DNA of 64,000 nucleotides from Pseudomonadota bacterium. GTDB taxonomy: Bacteria; UBA10199; 2-02-FULL-44-16; JAAZCA01. Location of the stretch: contig JAFGMW010000095.1 in NCBI GenBank assembly GCA_016927275.1, forward strand, positions 9,247 to 73,246, read 5' to 3'. A program made the position numbers and the translations under genes. Below, piece after piece: positions 50,401-60,900 of this stretch (positions within the stretch are counted from its first letter, which is position 1; each line of letters begins with the position of its first letter). Below the pieces are notes generated by a model. The model did no database searches. It saw only the letters and a program-made list of their open reading frames with translations, and was not told the DNA's origin.

Positions 50401-50567
50401 ACGTAGGCGTCAACACCTCCCTCATCAAGCAGAGATGGATCGATCACGGAGGGCCGCGTATCGTCCTCTCTCGGACGCGCCAAAGGCCGCTCGGCCACTA
50501 TTTTCACGTCGTCGGACATCCCCCGACTCCTGTGCGCGCCCGGACGGGCGCGGGAAAGGTCGAACAT
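47403..50567 (-). CDS. large HEAT/PBS-lyase-like repeat protein with ~10 tandem 37-aa repeats
   Basis: Repeats of consensus EA[AE]ALRRLMxDPExxVRxxAAxAYxxLSE[RK]FAEGSPExY; underlying 111-bp DNA tandem repeats ~49230-50340 (antisense frame shows periodic HQPAQG); alternative start ATG 50519. Confidence 0.6.
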   Translation of the reverse strand: MFDLSRARPGAHRSRGMSDDVKIVAERPLARPREDDTRPSVIDPSLLDEGGVDAYVRAGPVETFFSGIAGLVGSLFRPKSTAAAVEPPEVINEAEALRRVMRSHKEGQRVFAARTYGALSEKFIEGSAEVYLGAAALRMLMRDAKDGVRYDAAEAYKMLSKKFVQGSAGVYREAEALRRLMTDPEGDVLNRSAGTYGKLSERFADASPETCREAAALRRLMADTEQGVRVRAILAYQMLSDRFAEGSAEVALGASELRRLMKDPEWDVRSEAAYTYGILSAKFKEDSADVHMGAFLLRRLMTDPERAVRTNAEIHGYERLCMKFAVGSPEVYEEAAALRGLMMDPQQNVRGTAADAYVRLSERFAGASPEFYREAEALRGLMRYPEQRVRSLAARVYSALLKKFAEGAPEIHEGAAAMRGLMLEWNQSEDVVADVLEAYARFAHRLEDNSPEVYKGAQTIIEILNPGYSYKIHSTRVIKSVAHIYGLLARKFRAEGPVASAADKSLRWYMGNCSDKKCFAGVFKQTFYHLSSVGFFKAGFESGSWVADLELMGFSEKAARNLRGFAAQPGFIGFRDSVMTVLDMLGDWTFEKIEVMSRVFEATDPGKWKSVRNTLRTLRALTALDSLPKEVGREFYRSHRDLEGDTRAALRSGVEKTLLAFLRERIGDDRAVDLLFRDGQPEGRESSRKWRHAQEVRGFLSDKGLLLLFAQSASFMDEEGVRILRSLISDLVMSPVLEGNLHYLKRYDRMRDQLGFSPDFVGRWRTEWKKLRHNTGESVDESEAKAIVMGQAAGQLAVHVNSTPGADGEFKELPDGLRALTEKLKSGDADMEEAKRLHDIMEKGYAQIRETYGDLFANARVDLKNLVTGLTRGVKTAKKAALTEITGLVEKIAFHGMIPTETCQRLSSLYADSTNGRGQPLNKLMWGQFKLANHIIDGEVMARRMLEVTRDEEGREHLLVERAYTAGGFARLAEFDEDIVEHAQGLGIGRARVHFLDRHEKRPKPSPLATGAVMYRDSMLPEINPAFAMPFRPLAPSVAAVPMMSAAAMLRTGT

Positions 50568-50686
50568 ATATGTTATCGGCGGAATTTTGAGGAAGTTGCG
50601 GGATTTGGGAGAGCTGAAAGCGGGGATGATATATTTAAGGATATCAATGAGTTAAATATTAAGGAGCGATGGGAATGCGAACCAAT

Positions 50687-50746
50687 GCGATGGTGAGGCG
50701 ATTAACTACTTCTCCACCACATCGAATTGATCGAGGCAACCCGCGG
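50687..50746. repeat. left copy of ~50-bp imperfect direct repeat (duplicate of the rng 3' end), overlapping the last codons (QFDVVEK*) of the AAA-ATPase gene
   Basis: gcgatggtgaggcgattaactacttctccaccacatcgaattgatc vs right copy gcgatgatgaggcgattttttacttctccatcacatcgaactgctc (~85% identity). Confidence 0.6.
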
Positions 50747-52067
50747 AATAGAGGGGAATGGAAAGCAATCCATATTTCAACGAAACCCCATCTGGCAATG
50801 TCACGTCATGATGTTCAAGATTCAGATTTCCGCCATAAATTCGCACGCCGAAATCAGCGCCGCTGCGGTAAAGGTATTGATGCAGCGATTTGAGGGCCCC
50901 GTGGCTCCCAGCCTTCACCTCCACCGGGATGAGCCGTTCGCCCCTCTGCAGGAGAAAATCCAGCTGGGAGGTCGTATCCTTCTCTTCCCGAATCCAGAAA
51001 TACGGCGTCACGCGATGATGCGCGTCCATCGCAAGCAGCTCCTGCCCCACAAATGCCTCGGCCAATCCGCCGCCGAACGCCGGATCCATCAACCGCTTCC
51101 GGACCTGATCTTCGGTGAGATTCAAGACATGCGTGCACAGCCCAATGTCGAGGTGCAGCGCCTTCGGCGCTGCCTTGGGCTTCTTCACAAGAGGCGCCAG
51201 AGTCCGCGTCGTGGGCCAGACGCGTTCGACGAGCATAGCCTCATGGAGAATGGAAAATGCATTTGAAATATCTTTAGATCGCGTCTGATCTTCGGAGAGA
51301 CGCGAATATTTGATGCGCACGCCGATCTGAAACGGGACACGATCCCAGACGAGTTTGAGATGCTCCACCTCGGAGCGCTTCGAGTACTTGACGAAGTCGT
51401 CATGAAAGGAAGAATGCAGCGCATCGTGGACGACCCGGACATCTTTGATGCTCTTCGTCTCCACATAGCGACCGACTGCCTCAGGCATACCGCCCACGGT
51501 CATATAGAGCGCCACCAGCCCCAGGAGTTTTTCATGCACAGGCTGAGGAATAGTGCGGCCGATGCGCTGGCCGCGCATCTCCTTCAGGATAAGGTCCTCG
51601 CCCAGCGCTTCAAGGAATTCCTCGAACGTCACAGGATACAGATACCGGAATTCGACCCTTCCCACCGGGAACGACCACCCTTCATCCTTCATGCGCACTT
51701 CGAGCAGCGAACCGGCTGCAATGACGTGGAGACCCGGCATCTCTTCGTAAAAATATCTTAGGAGTTTAATCGCAGATACGGAGTTCTGGATCTCATCGAT
51801 GAAAAGCAGAGTCTCGCCCGGAACGATGCGTTGATTGGTCACTCCTTCGATGCTCCGGACGATATCGCGGATATCGGAAACCTCGGCAAAGATGCGGCGA
51901 AGGGCGTCCTTTTCCAGATTCAACTCGATAAAACTGTTGAACTGCCCGGCAAATTGGTGGACCAGCGTCGTCTTCCCGGTCTGACGTGCACCGCGGATGA
52001 CCAAGGGCTTTCGGTGGGCCCCATTTTTCCATTCATTTAGTGATGCCTCCAGATGGCGTCTAAACAT
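50706..52067 (-). CDS. AAA+ ATPase with C-terminal DUF4143 domain
   Basis: Walker A GARQTGKT, Walker B LLFIDEIQ; DUF4143-like C-terminal half; GC lower than flanking chromosome. Confidence 0.75.
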   Translation of the reverse strand: MFRRHLEASLNEWKNGAHRKPLVIRGARQTGKTTLVHQFAGQFNSFIELNLEKDALRRIFAEVSDIRDIVRSIEGVTNQRIVPGETLLFIDEIQNSVSAIKLLRYFYEEMPGLHVIAAGSLLEVRMKDEGWSFPVGRVEFRYLYPVTFEEFLEALGEDLILKEMRGQRIGRTIPQPVHEKLLGLVALYMTVGGMPEAVGRYVETKSIKDVRVVHDALHSSFHDDFVKYSKRSEVEHLKLVWDRVPFQIGVRIKYSRLSEDQTRSKDISNAFSILHEAMLVERVWPTTRTLAPLVKKPKAAPKALHLDIGLCTHVLNLTEDQVRKRLMDPAFGGGLAEAFVGQELLAMDAHHRVTPYFWIREEKDTTSQLDFLLQRGERLIPVEVKAGSHGALKSLHQYLYRSGADFGVRIYGGNLNLEHHDVTLPDGVSLKYGLLSIPLYSAGCLDQFDVVEK

Positions 52068-52365
52068 GACAAAATACTACCAAAAGATGAGGTTCTTTAC
52101 AACGTAATTATTCCTATAGATGAGGTTCTTTTCACTTCTCCATCCTATAAACCGCTGCAAACAGCACTTTTCGCCGAAAACTGCCAACAGGATGACATAT
52201 TTCCAGTGTGGGGCGATTGTTTCCTGACGTCCCCGTGCGCAACATCATTCCAGCCGACATCATGGGCATGGTCGCGGCTGCAAGATGCACTCACGTCTTT
52301 TCGTTTGCTTCTCATGACGATTTGACATATATCAATTCTACCATTTTTTCCTCAAGGAGGTTTTT

Positions 52366-52920
52366 ATGAAAAGGATAGTAGTTTATTTTTCGATAGTTGG
52401 TCTGTTGGTGCTCGCAGCAAAACCTGTGCGAGCCGAATCTGGAGAAGAACCCGGCAAATATTATGTTTATGTTCAAGCAGTGAACAACGGGGCCCCATTC
52501 GGCTTGCAAGAGTGTGATATGAAGGCATTTTACTGCGAAGCGGCCAACCCAGACAACTGCTGGAGTGCAAAGACTTACACAAGCGATCAGGGGGGCGCGC
52601 GTTTTTGGTTCCAGAAAGTTTTTCAGGACAGAGAAATGGGATACAATATTTATATTACCGCTACCCCTAAGATGAGTTATCTTCTCTCCAGCAAGACCTC
52701 CCCGGATTTCCTTGTTGATGCAGATCATTCCCCATACTCGTCATGGGAATCGAGATTTATATTTTATTTTGGCAAACCGGTAATAAAAAGGCTGACGACT
52801 AAAGACATAGAGATGGTTGGCACCCCGCAAGACATGAAACAAATGGTTAAAGGAGAACCGCATAGCGGCGAAGCGCATATCGAACGGTCATTGCGCAAAG
52901 TCGTGCCTTTACAAAAATGA
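52366..52920 (+). CDS. hypothetical secreted protein (low-GC gene)
   Basis: Signal peptide MKRIVVYFSIVGLLVLAAKPVRA; AT-rich codon usage; AGGAGG RBS. Confidence 0.5.
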   Translation: MKRIVVYFSIVGLLVLAAKPVRAESGEEPGKYYVYVQAVNNGAPFGLQECDMKAFYCEAANPDNCWSAKTYTSDQGGARFWFQKVFQDREMGYNIYITATPKMSYLLSSKTSPDFLVDADHSPYSSWESRFIFYFGKPVIKRLTTKDIEMVGTPQDMKQMVKGEPHSGEAHIERSLRKVVPLQK

Positions 52921-53054
52921 TTTTGGATAATCCTGAGTTGTTTTATTGATGCCCAAACAAATGCCCCGTATTTAGGGGGCATTTGTCTTTAATCCGGCAC
53001 GATCCGGAATCGGCTGCTACAAGCACCCTTTCAAGGTTCGGCAAAGGGATTAAG

Positions 53055-53520
53055 TTATCTCATCAAGCCCCATAACATTTTGCTGATGGCCTCAAGGCGC
53101 GATTTGAGGGCGGCTGCCTCAACTGGCGTGAGCAGCCTGAAGGCGCGCATGAGGTCGATGCAAGCGCCTACTTCGGCCGAGCTGGCGCGGGCGATCGTAA
53201 AGAAGCGGAAAACACAGAGCTCAGAGAGCAGATTCAGATTGAGAAAACAGATTAAGAAAACGGCGCTCAGAACTCGCCCTACCATCGCCTTACCATCGCA
53301 CTATCATCGTTTGATCATCGAACTATCATCGTATCTGTTTTTTTACCGGGCAACGGCAAACGTGCATACAGCCGCGAACGCCGCCGTTTCTTTCAAATCG
53401 CGCTCGGGTCGCTCGCCGAAACCAGCGCAGCACTCGATCTTGCGCTTGCCTTCGGCCTCATCACCTCTGCTGCGCAGGACTCGCTCAAATCGCGGCTCCA
53501 ACTCGCATTCACGATGATTG
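53055..53520 (-). pseudogene. degraded four-helix-bundle protein gene (23S rRNA intervening-sequence protein family), frameshifted
   Basis: One frame gives C-terminal ..TIARASSAEVGACIDL...LEAISKMLWGLMR; another upstream frame gives ..LRSRGDEAEGKRKIECCAGFGERPERDLKETAAF resembling the family's N-terminal half; no single intact ORF. Confidence 0.35.
53281..53335. repeat. five tandem 11-bp iteron-like repeats (ACCATCGCCTT/ACCATCGCACT/ATCATCGTTTG/ATCATCGAACT/ATCATCGTATC)
   Basis: Direct inspection; located inside the islet next to the degraded four-helix-bundle gene. Confidence 0.6.
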
Positions 53521-53565
53521 AGGCCCTCCCATGAGCCTCAATCTTCTCTCTCAGCTCGGCTTTCG

Positions 53566-53598
53566 GTGTTTCGGTTCTCGGTGTCTCGGTTCTCGTCT
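53566..53598. repeat. tandem ~15-bp repeats (GTGTYTCGGTTCTCG)
   Basis: tttcggtgtttcggttctcggtgtctcggttctcg. Confidence 0.55.
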
Positions 53599-53677
53599 TT
53601 TCGAGGTACTCGGTGGAAGGGGAAGGCGATGAAACTGCGATGGTGCTGCGATGATACGGCGATGATGAGGCGATTTT

Positions 53678-55192
<1,515 letters not shown>

Positions 55193-55198
55193 AAAATT

Positions 55199-55227
55199 CC
55201 GTGACTGGTGACTGGTGACTGGCGTGA
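55199..55227. repeat. octamer repeat array (CCGTGACTGGTGACTGGTGACTGG) between rSAM/DUF2344 stop and rng start
   Basis: Member of GTGACTSG family. Confidence 0.75.
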
Positions 55228-55230
55228 TAC

Positions 55231-57753
55231 TCATTGCTTCCAGTCAACAGAGACCTTTCTGACCTCCAGGCGCCGGGCCTGATCCTCCGGGATGCCGAAG
55301 ACCCCCTGCAGGACCTCCGAGACCTTGAGCGCGGGGCGCCGCGAATTGAGCGTGAGCCTTAACACACCTGACTCCGACACGGCAAGCTCGTCGACGTACT
55401 CCCGAAGATCCACCGCGAGCGAGATCTCCTTGCGGACCCTGGAGAAAGGCAGCGGTTTATCCGACGCGAACAGCCCCAAAGCCGCTTCCCAGCCGACCGG
55501 CAGCGAGGAGGTCGCTGCCTCGTACATGGTCCTGTGAGTCGACTCCTCGATGGAGGGGTGCGACCCGTCGATTCGCACCGCGTCCAGGACCGCCATCCCC
55601 TCCGGCAGCCTCCCCTTCATGCTCTTTACGATCTCGACTGCATCGCGCTCTACCGCAAGCTCCACGTCGGCGAACTCGACCAGGCTCTCCACGCCGACGG
55701 GGACCGCCGGCCCCGCGGCGATGCGGGCCCTGGGGTGGAATCCCTGCGAGTAGGTCAGCGGGAGCCTGGATGCGCGGAAGCCCCGGCGGAGCGCGTCGAG
55801 CGCCTCGAGGTGGCCGAGGAACGCGGCCCGGCCGATTTTGCTGAACCGGATGCGATACCTGAAGACCGTGACTGGTGACCGGTGACTGGTGACTGGTAAT
55901 TCTGGACCAGAAATCTGTGACTGACCGCCAGTCACTAGTAACGAGTCACGAGTCACGGGTGTTATACGATTCACCAGCCCCCTCTTCGGATCGCATATGC
56001 CGCAGGCGGAGCAGGCCCCCCCCGCGCAGTCCTCGGTGGCGAAAAGCGCCGCGGCGCGCCGCCTCTCCCTCTCGAGAAAATCGCGCGAGGGGCCGGCGCC
56101 GAGGCCCTCCCACGGGAAAACGCAATCGTCCGGCCGCGCCTCGAGATACCGGTTCGGATCGATCCCCGCCTCGGCGAACGCATCCATCCAGAGCGCGATG
56201 TCGAGGCGCTCGTCCCAGCCGTCGAAGCGCGCGCCCTTTTTCATGGCGATCTCTATCGCGTCCGCGAGCTCCCCGCCGCCGCGCGAGAACACCCCCTCGA
56301 GAAAACTCATCCTGGCGCTGTGCCAGCGGTACTCGAGCCCCGGGCCGCGCAGCGTCCTCTTGAGCCTGCGCTGGATCCTCTCCGTCTCCTCGATCGATAT
56401 CTGCCCCTCCCACTGCAGCGGGGTGTGGGCCTTGGGCACAAAGGTGGAGGTGGAAACTGTGACCGTGGGCCTCCTGTGATGTTTTCTCCCTATGGCGAGG
56501 CAGCGGCGTGCGACCCTCTCGATCCCCTCGATCTCGGCCTCGGTCTCCCCGGGGAGGCCGATCATGAAGTAGAGCTTCACCGCCGAGAAGCCGCCGGCGA
56601 AGACCTTCTCGACCGACGAGTAGAGATCGTCGTCGGTGTTCCCCTTGTTCACGAAGCGACGCATCCGCTCGGTGGCGGCCTCGGGGGCCAGCGTGAACGA
56701 GCCTGCGCGGGCGCTCCCCATGGAGGCGACCACCCTTGGGGTGAGCGACTCGACCCTGAGGCTGGGGAGGGTGGCGTCCACCGAGAGCGCGCAGTCGCGC
56801 TGCACCGCCTCGAGCGCGCCCTCGAGCGGGGGCCAGTCGCCGATGGAGAGCGATAGGAACGAGAACTCCTCTTTGCCGCCGGCCTCTATCGCTTCGCAGG
56901 CGATCGACGCGGCCGCAGCGCCGGACCTCTGCCTCTGCGGGCGGTAAGTGTAGCCGGCCTGGCAGAATCTGCAGCCGCGCGTGCAGCCGCGCGCCGCCTC
57001 GACCGCGGCGCGCTCCTGCGTGGCCGCGTGGGCCACGACCTGTCTTGCAGGAAAAGGGATCGCATCCAGGTCTTCCACCCTGGCCATTCCCGGCGGCCGC
57101 GCTCCATCCGCATCGTGAATCGCGGGGACATAGACGCCTCTTATCGCGCTCAACGCCTCAAGCAGCCCGGCTCGATCTTGAATCGACCCCTTGACCTTTG
57201 ACCTTTCAGCTCTGAGCTCCCTGACTGCGCGTGCGATCTCTACGGCCGCCCGCTCGCCGTCGCCGATCACGATCGCGTCGAAGAACGGGGCCACGGGCAT
57301 GGGGTTGAACGCGCACGGCCCCCCTGCCACGACGACCGGATCGCCATCGCCCCTGTCGGAGGAGCGCAGCGGTACGCCGCCCAGCTCGAGGGCGGCCAGC
57401 GCGTTCGTGTAGGTGAGCTCATAGGCGAGGCTCACCCCCACGACGTCGAACTCCCGAAGGGTCCGCTGAGACTCGAGCGAGAAGAGGCCGATCCCCCGCC
57501 CCCTGAGCCCCTCCTCCATGTCCGGCCACGGCGAGAAGCACCTGTCCGCCAGCACCCCCTCCTCTGAATTGAGGAGGTGGTAGAGGATACAGACCCCCAG
57601 GTGGCTCATGCCGATCTCGTAAGCATCTGGAAATACAAGACAAAAACGGACATCGGCATCATCCCACCCCTTCGCGCGCGCGCCCACCTCGCCGCCCGCA
57701 TAGCGGTATGGGCGGGCCACAGAGGCAATGAGATCGCGTATTTCCGGGCGCAT
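55231..57753 (-). CDS. B12-binding-domain radical SAM protein (TIGR03960-like) continuous in-frame with a C-terminal DUF2344 (TIGR03936-like) domain
   Basis: CTRGCRFCQAGY radical-SAM motif; C-terminal region VFRYRIRFSKIGRAAFLGHLEALDALRRG.. matches DUF2344; the two parts are joined in-frame across the octamer repeat locus 55866-55958; no independent start codon for the DUF2344 part. Confidence 0.7.
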   Translation of the reverse strand: MRPEIRDLIASVARPYRYAGGEVGARAKGWDDADVRFCLVFPDAYEIGMSHLGVCILYHLLNSEEGVLADRCFSPWPDMEEGLRGRGIGLFSLESQRTLREFDVVGVSLAYELTYTNALAALELGGVPLRSSDRGDGDPVVVAGGPCAFNPMPVAPFFDAIVIGDGERAAVEIARAVRELRAERSKVKGSIQDRAGLLEALSAIRGVYVPAIHDADGARPPGMARVEDLDAIPFPARQVVAHAATQERAAVEAARGCTRGCRFCQAGYTYRPQRQRSGAAAASIACEAIEAGGKEEFSFLSLSIGDWPPLEGALEAVQRDCALSVDATLPSLRVESLTPRVVASMGSARAGSFTLAPEAATERMRRFVNKGNTDDDLYSSVEKVFAGGFSAVKLYFMIGLPGETEAEIEGIERVARRCLAIGRKHHRRPTVTVSTSTFVPKAHTPLQWEGQISIEETERIQRRLKRTLRGPGLEYRWHSARMSFLEGVFSRGGGELADAIEIAMKKGARFDGWDERLDIALWMDAFAEAGIDPNRYLEARPDDCVFPWEGLGAGPSRDFLERERRRAAALFATEDCAGGACSACGICDPKRGLVNRITPVTRDSLLVTGGQSQISGPELPVTSHRSPVTVFRYRIRFSKIGRAAFLGHLEALDALRRGFRASRLPLTYSQGFHPRARIAAGPAVPVGVESLVEFADVELAVERDAVEIVKSMKGRLPEGMAVLDAVRIDGSHPSIEESTHRTMYEAATSSLPVGWEAALGLFASDKPLPFSRVRKEISLAVDLREYVDELAVSESGVLRLTLNSRRPALKVSEVLQGVFGIPEDQARRLEVRKVSVDWKQ
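55866..55958. repeat. inverted octamer-repeat arrays (CCGTGACTGGTGACCGGTGACTGGTGACTGG ...31 nt... CCAGTCACTAGTAACGAGTCACGAGTCACGG) lying in-frame inside the rSAM-DUF2344 ORF
   Basis: Member of GTGACTSG family; translated as ..TPVTRDSLLVTGGQSQISGPELPVTSHRSPVT.. linker. Confidence 0.75.
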
Positions 57754-57925
57754 GGCCGCGCTTGTAGCAGAAAGGCCTCACCCCTGGCAACCGGCTTTCG
57801 GGAAAATCGCGGGCCAGGGGGATATTCCTGCTTGATAACCGGACCTGAAAAAAGTTAGCAACTGCGCTCCGCTTCCTCCGATAACAAAGGCCCCGGGGCA
57901 AAGACCCCTCACAGAGGACTGCTCA

Positions 57926-60900
57926 ATGGTGAGAATCAAAGACGGAGAAGGAAGGATAAGCACTATCCCGCCAGGACCCATGGGCGACGAGGCGGCGCAG
58001 CCTGCGAAAGCGCCGGAGAGCGGCCGGCCGAGGGACAGCTACGCCCCTCCCCACCGCGGCCCGAGGATCATCGGCTCCCGCCGCAAGACCGGCAGCGAGC
58101 GCATATTCGAGGAGAGATACAAGAGCGATTACGGGATGGAGTCGGTCTTCTTCCTCGCCCGTCAGATAGGCGCCGACGACCCGCTCGGCAAGCGCGAGAG
58201 CGAAGCGCGGCACGTCATGACCAGGGCGCTCAGGATGCTGCGCGACGAGGCGAAGAATCACGCCGAGGGCTGGAGGCCGGGCGACAGCATCATAGAGAGG
58301 GCGCTGAGGACCGGTTACCGCGAATACCACGGAAACTCCCCGATGTCCGGCGAGCTCTTCTACGTCTTCGACCATTTCAAGTGCCTCATCGAGGACGAGG
58401 CGGAGGAGCTGGGCGTGGCCGGCAAGCTGAGCCGCAAGAAGGCGGCGGCAAGGGAAAGGCTCGGCTCGCCCGAGGCGTTCGCCCGCCGGGCCCTGAGGGC
58501 GGTCGAGCTCGCGGGCCGCGCAGGCGTGATCGCGCAGGAGATGCCGGACGGCGCCGAGGGGGCGGAGGGCGCGATCGATCTCGCCACGGAGGCCGAGGCC
58601 CTCGCCGCAAAGCTGAAGGGGCTTGGGGGCGACACAAACTCCATCGCGCGCAGCCTGAAGAGGAGGGAGGCGCTCGAGGACGCCATGGTCGCGATGGAGC
58701 GCATCGAGGCGATCGAGGATGATATCTCGCTCGCATACCTGCGCTCCGGCGCCGGGGAGAACTCGAGGCTGGCAGGCTCGATGATCGGGGAGCGCGCGCC
58801 GGAGATCGACAGGTGGTTCGCGGAGAACGGGGCCCTGCTCAGGGCGGACCGGGCGTCGGTACAGGGCGCGCTCGAGAACTACGTGGCCCTGTGGCTTGCC
58901 GAGAACCAGGGGCGCCCAGCCGGGCGGATCGGGTTCTCGAGCCGTTCCCTCAGGGGCGCCGCGGCGTCGCTGCGCTCTTCGTTGATGGGCCCGGACGAAC
59001 TCGGCAGGACGAGCGACGCCCTCAAGAGGCTCGTCTGGGAGCTGGCGAGGGGCGTGCCGGGCGACGACGGCGAAGAGACGACCTCCTCCTCGATGGACTA
59101 CGGGCAGTTCGCGCAGTCGGTGGGAAAGGGCATAGTCGATTCGGCCCAGCGCTTCCGAGAATCGATCATCGACGGGACTGCCGAGGGGGCCCCGGTCTCG
59201 GAGGAGGAGCGCAGGAAGGCGGCCGACGCCTTCCACGGCCTCTTCATGCAGTACGCCATCGGCGCCGCAGCCGCGCACCCCGGCAGGGAGCTGAGGGATG
59301 CGCTGATCGAGAACGGGCTCGAGCCCGAGATCACGAACTCCATATACCGGAACCCGGCGCTCGCGGCGGCGTTCGGCACGGCCGCGATCGAGATGCTCTC
59401 GAGGTTCTTCTCGAAGGACGTGAGCGCCAGGCCATCCCCGCCGATCGAGGCCCTGGTGCCCGCATCGCTCGCGCCCGATGCGGCGCCTGCGCAGGCGCCG
59501 GCAGACGGTGAATACGTGGAATACTCCGACGGGATGGCCATGCGCGACTTCGTGCGAAGGATGCCCTTCACCGTCACGAAGGCGCTGGCGGCAAAGTTCA
59601 AGGAGGCCACGGGCTACCCGATCGACCGATTCCTCCTCTGGGGATCGAGGAGGGCCCACTCCGGCGAGATGAGCGAGGCGATGTGGTCTTTTCTCATCAA
59701 CGCAGCAGCAGATGAGGGCGGGCTGAGGGACCTCGTCCGCTCGTACCCGCCCGAGGGGCAGAGCCGGGAGGAGTGGTTCGACAAGGTCGCCGCGATGGGG
59801 ACGTTCGAGGAGCTGGCCGCCTTCGCGGCAAACAACAAGCCCGCTCGCTCGAACAGCTCCGACTGGGAGAGATACGTCGAGCACTGCGAGAAGACGGGGA
59901 TGCCGGAGGAGATAACGGTCGAGCCAAGGACGAAGGTGGCGCTCAGGGCCGTCATACCTGCGCTGGCCTTTCTCAAGGAAGAGGCTGCGAAATACGGGAT
60001 GGCGGTGGACGTGTGGGACTACCTCGCGGCGATATACCCCGCAGCGAGGAGGATGAGACAGTCCGCGAAGGACGGCGAGATAATCATCAAGGTCCCCTCG
60101 TTCATGGCGAGGACCGCGTTCCAGAACTGGAGCCTGGAGAGCTGGGCGCGCAGGATAAGCGCCGAAAATCTCATCATCAACGTGGTGAAGTCCACCGTAG
60201 AGAGGCACAGCGGCGGTCATGTCGAGCTGGCCGAGCGCTGGAACATGCGAAAGTACACCAAGCCGCTCGCCAACACAGACCCGGAACTGGAGCGGATGCT
60301 CACCGACTTCGGCGAATTCCTCCGCTTCGTCCGCGTGCTCGACAGCTCGGGCCTGATCGCGGACAAGAGCGGCAACCGGCTGAGCTACGCCCAGGAGCCT
60401 GTGCAGAGCAGGTTTGCCGCCCGGATAGAGTTCGACCACTCCACTTACCTGAAGGCGGACAAGCCCTACTTCCCCGACGACGAGAGGCTCTTCACCGAGG
60501 CCAAGAGGGGCATCTACAGGTCGGCGCTCGAGATCGCCGGCGAGTTCATAGGGAACCTCAAGCTCCTTCCGCGGAATACCGCGATAAAAAAGGCGGACGG
60601 GACCGAGGTCACCGCGGAGGACCTCGTCAGGGAGCTGGCCGAGTACGCCAGGCGGGAGAGCTACTACCGCTGGAGCCTGCGGCACAACGATTCGATCCCC
60701 TACGCCTCGGACGACTACAGGAAGGAGATCCGCGAGTTCTTCTCGGAACTGAGGAGATGGACCCGCGGGATCGTCTACAACTCCAACATACAGGGCACGA
60801 TCTTCACCGGCCACGGGCCCACGAGATTCGTTGCGGCGAGCAGGCTCGAGGGGCACAGGGCCGGCTTCGAGCGCAGCGCCCTGCCGGTCCTCTACTTCGA

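Larger units (their letters stand above)
50747..53657. mobile_element. putative ~2.9 kb inserted islet (lower GC) at the 3' end of rng, bounded by imperfect direct repeats
   Basis: Flanking ~50-bp direct repeats; AT-rich content; cargo = AAA ATPase DUF4143, small secreted protein, degraded four-helix-bundle gene, iteron-like repeats; no integrase seen. Confidence 0.4.
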
